Below are positions 24,000 through 35,051 of a stretch of 35,051 bases of DNA, piece after piece (position 1 is the stretch's first letter; the number at the start of each line of letters is the position of its first letter). The stretch is from positions 1 through 35,051 of the forward strand of contig NW_025213691.1 of NCBI RefSeq assembly GCF_004010195.1, given 5' to 3'. The translations under genes were made by a program, and so were the position numbers. This stretch comes from Chiloscyllium plagiosum. Taxonomy: Eukaryota. The notes under the pieces are model-generated. The model made no database searches. It was given only the letters and a program-made list of their open reading frames with translations, and had not been told where the DNA came from.

Positions 24000-25410
24000 C
24001 TATTTGCAGACTCTCCACTCTCTCTTGATAATTTAATCTCTTGCTTATCACAGCGATATCACCAAACTCAGCATCTGTATATCTGTTCCATCCTCCTGAT
24101 CATTGATATAGATTGTAAATCGTTGAGGACCCTGCACTGGTCACTGTGTGACCTTACAGGTTACGTTCTCTCTAACTGATTGAGATTGATTTATCCTGAG
24201 TGCCTGCTTCCTGTATGATACCCCTTCCTCCCCCATTCCTGTGCAACACAGCCGAAGGGTTGAATAAGAACAGTGAGCACCTGTGAGGAATCCAACCCCT
24301 CAATGAGGCTGATGTCAACGCGGCCTCTGTTCCACTTTCCTGCCATCTCTCCATCCTAAAACTCTAGTCTCTTGTTGTAGATTGCACCACATGAAAAAAA
24401 AATCCACTCCACATCTGCACATTCAATTGCTTTTAGCATTTTACAGACCTCAATGAAATCTCCTTTCATTCTTATAAACTCGAGAGTATAGGCCTAAACT
24501 GCTCAAATACTCTTCATAAAACAAACAATTCAAATATGGAATCACTCTAATGAAGTTCTACTGAATTGCCTCCAATGCAAATACCTCATTCTGCAGGACA
24601 TCCAAACTGTACTCCAGTTGCATCCTCACATAGCTACACCAACACTCCCTACCTTTCTACTCTATCCTTTTATAAATAAACACTGAAATTATGCTTGCAT
24701 TTCTGATTACTAGCGGTACCCGCAGACAGGTTTTCTGTGATATGCAGGCAGACACCGAGATCCCTCTGCACCTAAGCACTTTAAACTTTCTCTCCATTTA
24801 GATAATAGTTTGTCTTTCTAATATACTGGCCAACTTGAATGGCCCCATATTTATTCACTTTAATTTTCCTTGCCAAATGTTGGCCCATTCACCCAACCTA
24901 TCCAAATAGTTTTAAAATCTCTTGCATCATCATTCCAAAGTAATTTCCCACCGATGTTAGTGCCATCTGAAAATGTGGCATAGTATTTTCTATCCCATCA
25001 ACCCCGACTAGGGTAATACCATCGATTGCAAATGGTTGAGGCATGAGAACTGAAATCAATGGCACCCCACAAATTGCATTTGCCAAATGAAAATGACACA
25101 TTTATTCCATCTGACTGCATTTATTTGGATAACCAATCCTCCATACAAGCTAATAAATTACTCCTAAACCCATGTTGTCTGATCTTACCACTTACTCTTT
25201 GGAGAAGCGACATATCCAATGCCTTCAGGAAGACCAGATATGTTCCATCTCCAGGATTCCCACTATCCATATTGTTTGTGACATCTTCAAATAACTCAAG
25301 CAAACAATTGAAACACGATTTAGCGTTCGTATACCCATGTTGACTCTGACGGATTGTGCTTTCAATTTGCAAATGTCCTGAATTATAGACTCTAACAATT
25401 TGCCTTAAAT
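24000..25410 (-). mobile_element. CR1-clade LINE fragments (at least two)
   Basis: QSQHGYTNAKSCFNCLLELFEDVT...YLVFLKALD; CGVPLISVL. A second RT piece lies at ~24010-24220. Confidence 0.8.
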
Positions 25411-25562
25411 TGCAATAGTTTATTGTTACACTTTAGTCCCTAATGTATACCGTTATTATAAGTTCTTCCCTTTCAAAAGCCTTTACCTTTTCTTTGAATT
25501 CCTATTTAATGAGCAAACGTTTTTTTAAGTAATCTGCTCGAAATATTCGGTAAGAGCCATGT

Positions 25563-26250
25563 GTGGCTGAATGGACTCATCATCCTGCTGGTATACAAAC
25601 TCGAAAGGCTGACGTCTTTCTGGTGTTCCCATGTTACCAAATCCAAGGCCAGAATGACCTCCTCCTGTTGATGCTTTAGAGGATTGGGAGACTATGGAAT
25701 CTTCCTGTTGCTGTGTACCATTTTGAGAGGCTGACGGGTCTTCTCATAGTTCTCCATAACATGTGGATATACAGAATGGTCTCCTCATGTATGCCGGAGA
25801 TGGGACCGAGGGATTGATTGGTCTTCTCTTGCTCCCATACAACAGACACGTGTCTAAATTACCTCATCCTTTTTCATGAAAGAAGTCTCAGATAGTTTTT
25901 ATCCTTATCCAATTCCCTTGCAATTGGCCTGGTGAGTCTGAATGGCCTCCTGTTATCCCAGTGTAACGATCTCCAGTCACTGTGTGACCTCTTCCAGTTC
26001 CTATATTACAGACTTGAGGAGGCTGAATGGACTGATCCTGTTGCTGTTTAACAGGATACTGATGCAGCATGGCCTACTGTTATAGGCTCGAGTGGCTGAT
26101 TGGCCTCCTTCTGTAAATGTATATCAGACTTCAGGGGCTGAATAGCCTCATCCTGTTTTGGTGAAACAGGCTCGAAGGCCTGAATATCCTCCTGTTGTTC
26201 CTGTGTAACAGGCTGGAGAACGGAATGGATTCCTCCACTATCTGTGTAGT
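25563..26250 (+). repeat. Long degenerate array of the 42-bp unit
   Basis: Clear 42-bp period at 26085, 26127, 26169 and 26211; recurring GGCTGAATGG...CCTCCTGTT upstream. Confidence 0.75.
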
Positions 26251-26284
26251 TCGCTTCACTTGTTGACTCATTCTGTCATCTATG

Positions 26285-26500
26285 TTGAAATAAGATCGTC
26301 CTTAAGTTTTGTGAACTCCAATGTCTACTGGGTCAACCTGATCATACTTTCGTGATAAGCTAGCACCTTCATTGCAGGAATCATCTCTGAACTGCTTCCA
26401 ATATAACAACATCCTTTCTTAATTGAAGAGATTAAATCTGTACACGCTACTCAAGATGTGATCTCGCGAAGACCCTGTACAGCAGCAGCAACACTTTACC
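26285..26500 (-). mobile_element. CR1 fragment
   Basis: Decayed reverse complement of the CR1 ORF2 C-terminal region (GAACTGCTTCCAAT, CTGTACACGCTACTCAAGATGTG). Confidence 0.6.
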
Positions 26501-26599
26501 AGCCTGCTGTAAGGTTCCCACCCACGTTAGAGCAGTCTCAGCTCTCTGGGGGAAGATCATTGTCCTTCTCTACTCCACAGCATAACGGGAGATCTGGAG

Positions 26600-29010
26600 A
26601 AATTAAAGTTGGAGAAGATCATAAATGATGTGGTGAAATGGTCTCTGCCATTAATCTCCCCAGAGCCCACGTCGCTCAGATTCCACAGAATCTAGTAAGG
26701 TGGAGCGCAAAAACAGCAAGGAGGAGCAAACATTGATGGGGGTTACATATCAAAGTGAAAGCTGCAGTACAAATGCTGGACATGTTATAAAACAGGAAAT
26801 GATATATACACATTTGTGGGTACTGCAGTAATTATTTACTGTTTGTGTTTTATCTAAACTGTGTTAACCCAATTGAATGCTAATGCTGGGAAAAATGGAA
26901 TTCATGACTACGTGTCAGATGGTTTACATGAATATTATGTCGAGCATTGAGCTGGAGATCCGGTTATTTAGGAATTGGTGTTAAGTGATCAGAACAGCTA
27001 ATTGAAAGTTTTGCAGGAAAGGACCTTTTGGGAACAGTGCCCACAATGTATTGGTTTTCTTTTATGCTGTTTGAGTGCACGACAATGTTTGTTTTATTTG
27101 AAGAAACCGTTAGAAATCTGAGTCATTCAAGACATGAAAGTGTGAGGAGGAAGTGGGGATTACAGATGCTGGAGATGAGAGTCGAAAAGTGTGGTGCTGG
27201 AAAAGCACAGTCAGGCAGCAGACTGAGAGCAGATAAATCAATGTTTCGGGCATAAGCCCTTCATCAGGAATGAAGCTTATGGGCCAAGGGGGCTGAGAGA
27301 TAAATGAGAAGGGGGTGAGGCGGGGGGAGGTAACTGGGATTTCGATAGGTAGATGAAGGTGGGATGAAAGTGATAGGTGATTAAGGGAGACAGAACGCCT
27401 CATCTGCTGCATCCATTAAACCCAATGTGGTCTTCTCTACATTGTGGCGAGGCATTGAGGTCAACTTGTGGATCATTTCAGCGAACATCTCTGGGACAGC
27501 CACACTAAACAACTCCATCGCCTTTTGGCTGAGCACTTTAACTCCCATTCCCACTCTGCCAAGGACATGAGGATCCCGAGCCTGCTCCATCGCCAAACCC
27601 GAGCCACCAGAGGCCTGGAGGAAGAAAGCCTCCTATTCTGCCTTTGGACCCTCCAACCACAGGGGATCATAGTGGATTTCCCCATTTCCCAATTTCCCCT
27701 AATCCCACCTGATCCCACTCCAACCTTCCAAGACTGCATCGTCCTTTTAAATGTTCCTATGTGTCCACCTTCCTTCCAATCAATCTGGGCCACCCTCCTC
27801 TCCGACTATCACTTTCAACCACACCTTCATCTACCTATTGAATGAAAGGAGGCAGCTTAGAAAAATGCCAAGTGTTGCAGTAAGCCAGTGGATTCAGAGA
27901 AATGTCGGACCCAGCAAAGGATGACCAAGAAACTGAGAAGAAAATCAAAAAGAGAAAAAGCGTGCAAATGAAAGAAAAACATAAACACTGCTAAAAAGTG
28001 TCTATCAATGTATGAAAAAAAAAATAAAAACGAGATCAAATGTGGAACAGTTGGTGTGCGTTCACGATAATTTATTGCAGAGAACAGAGAAATCGCAGGT
28101 AAAAGAAACAGTTTCTTTGTGTCTATCTTCATGGAAGAATGTCCAGAACTTCGTCCAGAAATACCAAGTGACCAAGGGACTTCTGTAAGTAAAGTCTAAG
28201 GTCATTCTTATCAGTGTTGAGGTCATCTTTGAAAAAAAAGCTGTATTGAGTATTTATAAATCTGACAGACTAGATGTACTGCATACAAGAATTTCAGTGG
28301 AAGCAGCAATAGTCATATTGATTGCATTGCGGATTTTCCCTTTTTTTCCGACACATTCCCGAAATCTGGATAAGGCAAAGGTTATAAATATTATCCAACA
28401 GTTTATGAAAGGATGAAGATGGAGAATGGTGAACTGAAAACCAGTTATCTTGTCATCCGCAGTCAGGTATCTGTTGGACTCGATTACAAAGAACATGCTA
28501 CTAGATAGTTAGAAGGTAATAACATAACTGGGGAGTGTGATAATGTATTGATGAAAGGAAAACCAGGAGTGGCAAACATTTTTGGAATGGTTTGAAGATG
28601 ATTCTTGGCGACTTAGGCAATGAAGAACCAATGGATAACGTGGAGCTGGATATTTAGGAGCTTTTTTTTAAGAACTCACAGTGTAAGCTCAGAAAAATGT
28701 TAAAGTGAGAGGTAGTGGGAAGAACATATGCAAATGGAAAGTAAAAAATAGGTTTACATTCTTGTGAATGTAATTGGAATATAGAGGATGCAGTGAACCA
28801 GTTGTATCAAGTGTTGGTGAGAATGAACTTAGACTATTGTGTATCGTTCGGAGTCCCAATCTCAGAAAGAATACACTGACGATAAAATAACTGCAAAAGG
28901 TATCATCCAGATTAATCCCTAAATTGGCAAGATGTTCTGATGTGGAAACTCAGCCTGTGTTCTCGAGTTTCAAAACATGAGAGGTGATTGCAGTGAAACT
29001 TAGAAACATA
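26600..29010 (+). mobile_element. Old CR1-clade LINE interrupted by the Penelope element
   Basis: EN remnant (GNSAHN, cf. GxSDHN, at ~27031); QQRMTKKL at ~27911; decayed RT and C-terminal pieces to ~29000. Confidence 0.7.
27143..27842. mobile_element. Penelope-like element (GIY-YIG remnant) with inverted terminal segment
   Basis: + strand QCGLLYI...DHFSEHLWD...LAEHFNSHSHSAKDM...LEEESLLFCLWTLQPQGI. 27341-27376 is the near reverse complement of 27806-27842. CCTGATGAAGGGCTTATGCCCGAAAC lies on the minus strand. Confidence 0.88.
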
Positions 29011-29039
29011 GCGGGGACTGAATAACAGAGGGACATGGA

Positions 29040-30800
29040 GAAGTACAAGTAGGCGAGATCAGGATGAATCCCACGATATTCTACACGGACAAGTAGGACA
29101 GAATAATCAGCAAACAGTTAGGGTCCATTAGAAACCAAAGGGGCAATCTGTGTGTCAAGCTGGAGAACATTGATGGTTTGTTACATGAGACCTTCCCGTC
29201 TATTTTACTTGGGAGAAGGAGGAAGCAGGTACAGAATTCAAGAAGATGGACTAGGAAGCTCTTGAACAGATTGATGTAAAATACGAGCAGGGATTTGAGG
29301 TTTTGTTCTGTATAAATTTGGACCACTCTCCATGTCTGAATGAGTTGTATCACAGTCGACTGTTGGGGTCAAGGGACGAAAGACCCTGACTGAATATTTT
29401 AATTAGAATCTGACCATGAGGGACGTGCCAGAGGACTGGAGAACTGCTAATACGATTCCACTTCACAGTAATGTCGGGAGAGATAGACCGGGTGACTACA
29501 GACGAGCGAGTATTCGATCACTGTTAAGGAAAATACTGGAGAAAAGAGGGGAGGAGAAAATTGAACTCCAATCAGAATCGCAAGGTTATTTCAGGAATAA
29601 GCATCATGACTTTATCAGAAGGACGTCCCATCCAATGGGTTTGATTGCATTAGTTTGAGGTGGTCACTTGTTTTGTTTTGTAGGAAGGCCTTTGAACAAA
29701 ATTCCACCTGGAAAACTGAAAAATAAAGTAAAACCTCACAATATGAAGGATAACTTGACAAGTTACAACGAAAATTGTCTTAGTGGCAGGACGCAGAGTG
29801 TGGTGAGAGAAGGCTGTTTGTGTGACTGTAGATCAGTGTCCCCTGGTGTACCACAAGGATCAGTGTTGTGTCCCTTATTGCTTGTGTTATTCATAAAAAA
29901 AAGATGTGAATGTGGACGGGGCGAGCTGGCGAGTGGGAGAGGTGTGATAAGTACGTGTATTTTTTACATAAAGATTGGCTGGGTGGTTAGCAGTGAGGAG
30001 GAAAGCCTTAAGTTACAGGAAGATGCAGATGGAATGGTCAGATGGGCAGATCAATGGTAGATAGAATGTAATCCTGATATATATGAGGTGATGCACTTTG
30101 GGAGAAGGAACCAGGCAGGAGGGGACTCAATGAATGGTAGCACACTGGTAACCTCAGAGTGTGCTTCTCCACACATCCCTGAACGTGGCTGGACAGGGTA
30201 ATGGGCTAGTTAAGAATTAGACCTTGGGTGTTGTGTTTCCTAATCGGACGTAGATTATAAGTGCTATACAGGACTTTGTTTAGTCCATGATGGAGTACTG
30301 TATGTATTTCTGGGAGCCACATTACAGGATGGATGTGATTGTACTGGAGAGGTTGCAGAGTAGATTTACCAGGATGTCCCCTAGGATGGTACATATCAGC
30401 TATGGAGAGAGGCTGGCTAACCTCGGGTTGTTTACTTTGGAGCAGAGAAGGCTCGGGGGGATGTGATTCAGGAGGATAAGATTATGAGCGATACAGACAG
30501 GTTGGATAGGCAGCAGATGTTCATTTTAGTCAGAGGGTCAAGAACAAGCGAGCACACTTTTAAAGTGAAACGTTTGAGGTTCAGAGAGGATTTAAACATT
30601 TTCTTTTCAGCAAGAGGGAGTTGTGTTCTGGGATTACTTCCTGAGAGGGAATTCATCATCGGTTACCTCACAATCATTAAAAGGTACTTGGACGAGCACG
30701 TGGAAGTGTCATAACATTCCAGGCTATGGGCCTGCTGTAGGAAAGTCGAACTAATATAGATCGTGCTGTACTTCTGTGGGCACAGAGTCTATGCCCCTGT
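29040..30800 (+). mobile_element. CR1-clade LINE, decayed
   Basis: VPEDWRTAN...PGDYR; WxxxxLSGRTQ-type region; PGVPQGSVLCPLL; LQEDADGMVRWADQW; 3' region to ~30800. Confidence 0.9.
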
Positions 30801-31039
30801 GAGTGTATGGTGTGGAAGGTCAATTATCAAGGCAAGAATTGATGAGCTTCTAAAGAGTATATTCACAAGGGTTATAAGAGTGAACTGTAATAACTTGTTA
30901 AATCATGACAATGTGAGAAATATGAGAAAACAAGTGCAGTTTCCTTACAGTTTGAGACAAGAGAATGGAGAATGGGGAACAGGGAAATGGCAGTACTATG
31001 AAGCCACTACTTCCGTTCTGTCTTCACAGAAATCTCAAA

Positions 31040-31370
31040 CAATACAAGGAAAACCAAGTCTGGTGTGGGAAAATTGTAGAGTACGTGCAACATAGAACAT
31101 AGTAAGTAAATGGTTTAGGAGAAATTATTGGGGCTGAAAGTCATGGTCATAAACAACACTAACATAATTTTTGAAATGGGAATTATGTTTGAGAAACAGA
31201 CTGGGAGACAAATGAAAGAGAAGCAATGGATGTTAAACATTTTGATTTTTAGAAAAGTTTTGGTAAAGCTCCAAGCCCAGTTTGCAAAATCAAATCTTAG
31301 TGGATTGGGGCTAGTGTATGGGCATGTTTCTAGAATGGGACAGCTGGCAGGAAACAGTGAATAGAAATAA
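31040..31370 (+). mobile_element. Highly decayed CR1 RT fragment
   Basis: GCAATGGATGTTAAACATTTTGATTTTTAGAAAAGTTTTGGTAAAG resembles the AVDVxYxDFxKAFDKV motif. Confidence 0.55.
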
Positions 31371-31902
31371 ACAGACTCGTCAAGCTACAGCCTGACATTG
31401 TCTGTAAGGTATGATTCTGTAAGGTATAAGTCCTTCCACATCTAGTCAAGAAACGTTGGGGACAATTAAACAATTCACTGTAGGAAGAGATTCCACAAAT
31501 AACCCCTTCCTCCATGTTGGAAGAGCCCAGCACTTTAGTGTATAAGATAAGGCTGATTTATTCGCAACAATCTTCAGTCAGCAGTACTGAGTGGATGATC
31601 TATTTCAGACGATGTCCCAGACTCCCCATCACCTTCCCCGGATATCTCCTGTCTCATCAGCAGGACGGATACAGCAGAAGTGGCGCCATATTGGGATACA
31701 GTTGAAAGGGAATTGCTCTTGGAGTCCTCAACAGTGACTCCGTATCCCATGAAGTCTAATGGCATTAGTTTACACATGGGAAAGGAAACGTCCTGCTGAT
31801 TAGCATGTACCAGCCTTTTTCAACTGATGAATCAGAACTCCTCCATGTTGATCAACACTTGGAGGAAGCACTGAGGGTAGCACGGGTGTAAGATGTACTC
31901 TG
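31371..31902 (+). mobile_element. CR1-clade LINE endonuclease fragment (different family), rearranged
   Basis: RLVKLQPDIV; PITFPGYLLSHQQDG; GNVLLISMY; LLHVDQHLEEALRVAR. Confidence 0.72.
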
Positions 31903-32449
31903 TCTGCAATTTTCTAAATGCCTGCATTTTTAATATGTACAATGTCGGACCATCTCATTGGTCCAACTTCCGAAAACCAATACGTTCAAACTTAATTTAT
32001 TTTTAGTATCCTGTGGCATAATTTAAACAGATTGGTAAAATTCGAATTGTTGTCCAAGGACCAACCATCTCAGGGATCTATTTCACACCCAAATGTGACA
32101 TATTTTCAGTTGTCCTTCACACTCTGGGTCTGCCATCCTCTCATATCACAGGTGCTTGGAAGCTCTCAGTTCAGAACAGCTTTCCCTCTCTATTAAAAGT
32201 ACATACACACTTTCAACTTAATGACATTAATACCCTGATGTCAATACAGAAACTTGGAGCCAATCTGGAATTCTCTTCTCTATGGTTTGTCAATATTTCA
32301 TTCACTCCGTCTGGTTTGTGTCAGGATATTTGTTGCTCCAATGACAGCATGTCATTATTCGATTGTGTCCGTGGGAATATAGCGGTACTTCACTTGCTCA
32401 CACTAGTGAGTGTTGCAGAATTTCAGTTGTTGTATGGGAACTGTGACGC

Positions 32450-32735
32450 TATAACAATCTCAATGTTTGTAGATGGCATCAAACCTGGAAGAATTGTAAA
32501 GTCTATGGAGGACAGTGTGGAGCTCTAACAGTACAATCACACGTTGATGTAGTGTTCAGGTGTATGGCAGCTGGGGATCAATGCAGAGCCGTGTGAGGTG
32601 ATGCACTTTGGTAGGAAAGACAATATAAAACAGGCCGTACCGTTAAATAAGTGGTGCAGGAGCAGAGAGCGCTGGGTGTATATGAGCATAGATTTTTGAA
32701 GATGTCAGGACAAGTGGGGAGAGCAGTAACTATCA
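32450..32735 (+). mobile_element. CR1 RT fragment
   Basis: ISMFVDGIKPGRIVKSMEDSVEL (cf. ISKFADDTKLG); CEVMHFGRK. Confidence 0.78.
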
Positions 32736-32749
32736 CAGATTAGTTTCAG

Positions 32750-34000
32750 TATCTGAGCTGTTTACAGGGGGAGGTGTAGGAGGGAGTCTCGGTGCTCCCT
32801 TCATGGGAGGTGGTGGTGACGATGTGTTGTGAGCCCACCCGCCTGCCCACCGAGACCGTGGGAATTACATTTGTTCCAGCTCGGCGCAAAAGGGAGATGG
32901 CATCAGGGCCACGGCTTCTAAGTTGTGTCGGGGGGAAACGGAGCTGTCAGTGGGTTGAAAGTGAGAATTGCCCTTCACTGAACATTGTTCCTTACTCGGT
33001 CGGTGGGACGTGGATGTTTCAGAATCTCCACACGAGGTGTCCCTGTCCTCTCCGGCTCGTACCAGGGTCCTCCCCACATGGCAGGGGGAGGGGGTGAGGG
33101 AACGGATATCGGGCACTCCACCACCCGGCTTGGCCCTTTCTTTCCTATTCCAGGCTGTTTCTCCTGGAATGGGAGAAAGGGAGGGCTGGAGTGAGGGTGG
33201 GAGTGGGTGGCCCTGCTGTTAGTGCTGGTGTAGGTGGGGGACGGTGTCATGGTGAGGTGTCCGGAGGGAGTCAGTCCACAGTGTTGGATGCATGCAGCAT
33301 TATTCGTGTAGGGGGGTGGGGTAAAGTGGAGGGAAGGGAGGGGCGAAGGTGCCACATGCAGCAGTGAGAGTGGTGGAGCATGAGCCTTGTTCGGGGGTTG
33401 GTGCTATAACAGATATACAGTGAGTGTGAGAGAGCAGAGAGAATACCGTGACCCTTATTCTGAAAGAGCGGGGAAGGTTATTGAAGCTTGTCCTGTATTG
33501 CTGGGCATTTCGTCAGACCACAGATACTGCACTAAGGTAGATGGTGAGCTCAGACAATGCCTGGTGGGTCTGGTGGTGTGGCCTCCTCTGAAAAGACAAT
33601 GGTCTCATTCTATACTAGCTCATCCACCAGCACCTCCGTGACCCTGTCGACAAACCGCAGTGTAATTGCCCATGATCTGCCATGCTCGAGGTAAACTGTG
33701 CAGGGCAGATCCGAACTGAGAAAGCTCAACCGTGTGCCCATTGGCCTTTTAAATGTGGCACCAGTGCCAGGGGTCGCAGAATACCCAGGGGCATCCGGGG
33801 GATGGTGAGTACCACCCGCCATGATGGGTGGGAGAATCGGGCTGATATTGAATGAGAGAGACATCATGGGCTGGGCTGGGTAGTTCATGAGGTGAGTCCG
33901 ATACGATAGCACCAGGAAACTATTTCAGCCTCGTGCGGACGATCCCTCTGTCACACTCAAGGAAAATCAAACAATGAAAAATTATTGTTAGAATCTGCCC
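32750..34000 (-). mobile_element. Harbinger remnant with a decayed intron-containing Myb/SANT-like gene (copy C)
   Basis: Exon 1 at ~33458-33684: RFVDRVTEVLVDELV...RPHHQT...LSAVSVV*RNAQQYRTSFNNL. Acceptor TTTCTCCCATTCCAG| at 33164. Exon 2: TAWNRKERAKPGGGVPDIRSLTP...AGEDRDTSCGD. Probable terminus GAATCTGCCC at 33991-34000. Confidence 0.75.
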
Positions 34001-34422
34001 AATAAGTCATAGATTGGGTTGAAAGCAATTCCAGTAACAAAGATGCAGAACAAATGCTCATCTGGCCTCACACCAATATCCTTTTTTTCCATCTTTCCTG
34101 GGAAGACAGATTCATGTTACAGGATGTTATCGAAGTGTCGACATATCAGCCTTCTGAAACCTGGGAACACATCCTTCCATGACAATGTATCTCAGTCTCC
34201 CCCTCTGTGTCTATATCCCAAACCACTCCCATGTGGTGGTATTTAAACTGATTCCCCCGCCATTTCGCTCTGGCAGTGATGTTGACACCCACAACACCCC
34301 CTTGTCATGGTACAATGGAGATATTGAGTTGGAAATGGGTGGGATGTCCACATCCTGTCACTTCCAGCACGTGCTGCAAGTTTCCCCACACTGTGCAGGG
34401 ACCTAACACAGTGTTACTGAGG

Positions 34423-34685
34423 AATGCAGTGGGTTGGTGTACACAGTCCTACATGCTGGGAGGGTATCTGTTCGTGGTTTACAGATCAATGCACTGGGGT
34501 GGTGTACACAGTCCCACATGCTGGGAGGGTAACTGCTCCTGGTTTACAGATCAATGCACTGGGGTAGGGTACACAGTCCTAAATGCTGGGAAGTTAACTG
34601 CTCCTGGTTTACAGATCAATGCACTGGGGTGGTGTACACAGTCCTACATGTTGGGAGGGTAACTGCTCCTGGTTTACAGATTAAT
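34423..34685 (+). repeat. 65-bp minisatellite, 4 units
   Basis: Units start at 34423, 34488, 34553 and 34618: AATGCACTGGGGTGGTGTACACAGTCCTACATGCTGGGAGGGTAACTGCTCCTGGTTTACAGATC. Confidence 0.95.
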
Positions 34686-34931
34686 TCACGAGTGATCACT
34701 GCACAGGTCGCTGTGCTGGTCAGACTATCTGATTGAGGTTTATGGATAATGCAATGATGTGATTTGTGTAGCCCCTGATGCTGGATGGATATTTGTTTCA
34801 GGTTCACACATTAGTGCCCTGCTGTGGTCTTCACAGCTCCCCGTGCTGGACAGATATGTAGCCGGTGCACAGTACATCATGTTGGTGGGGTGTATAGAGC
34901 GGAAAGGTGATGGACAGTTGGAGGAGATCCT

Positions 34932-35007
34932 GGAACGTTCTGTCTCCAACATTCTATAACTGACATTCCCCGGAACGTTCTGTCCCCAACATTCCAAAAC
35001 TGACATT
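34932..35007 (+). repeat. 40-bp tandem duplication
   Basis: GGAACGTTCTGTCTCCAACATTCTATAACTGACATT at 34932 and GGAACGTTCTGTCCCCAACATTCCAAAACTGACATT at 34972. Confidence 0.9.
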
Positions 35008-35051
35008 TTTGTCAATATTTCAGAACTTCCCATTTGTTATTCCAGCTCCAA

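Noticed and set aside
26555..26600. Acceptor-like TCCTTCTCTACTCCACAG as receptor exon 2
   Set aside because: Downstream sequence is decayed CR1 endonuclease, not TM1-TM2.
34340..34900. Faint resemblances to SRCR (QCGETCSTCWK), trypsin (NMMYCA...GSC) or Sema-domain motifs
   Set aside because: Short, mutually inconsistent frames with stops and no third-position bias between paralogs; probably chance.
34932..34980. GAACGTTC palindromes and TTCCCCGGAA as HSF/STAT sites
   Set aside because: Short motifs created by a 40-bp duplication; no promoter context.
1..35051. A novel intact multi-gene system
   Set aside because: Every recognisable coding trace is a disrupted transposon ORF or a single stop-containing exon.

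Overview
Repeat-dense vertebrate genomic DNA, not prokaryotic. HE1-type SINEs, CR1/HER1-type LINEs, an L1, a Penelope GIY-YIG element, Harbinger remnants and a Gmr1-like Gypsy element point to a cartilaginous fish, probably a carpet shark (inferred from recalled repeat consensus, not database-checked). I find no intact protein-coding gene. The only host-gene trace is an apparent first exon of a GPR139-like class A GPCR (17775-18012, +). It has an in-frame TAA and a phase-1 GT donor, and I see no exon 2 in the window. The region shows layered duplication: a recent ~3.7 kb tandem duplicate across a 145-N gap (3281-6987 vs 7133-10826) and an older paralogous block (~9.0-12.8 kb vs ~33.4-34.9 kb). 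Other structure includes a young 452-bp solo LTR with a perfect 5-bp TSD about 1.1 kb upstream of the GPCR exon, and a dispersed 42-bp minisatellite family resembling the CR1 3' terminus. I cannot support a claim of a new functional biological system. Most repeat boundaries are approximate.
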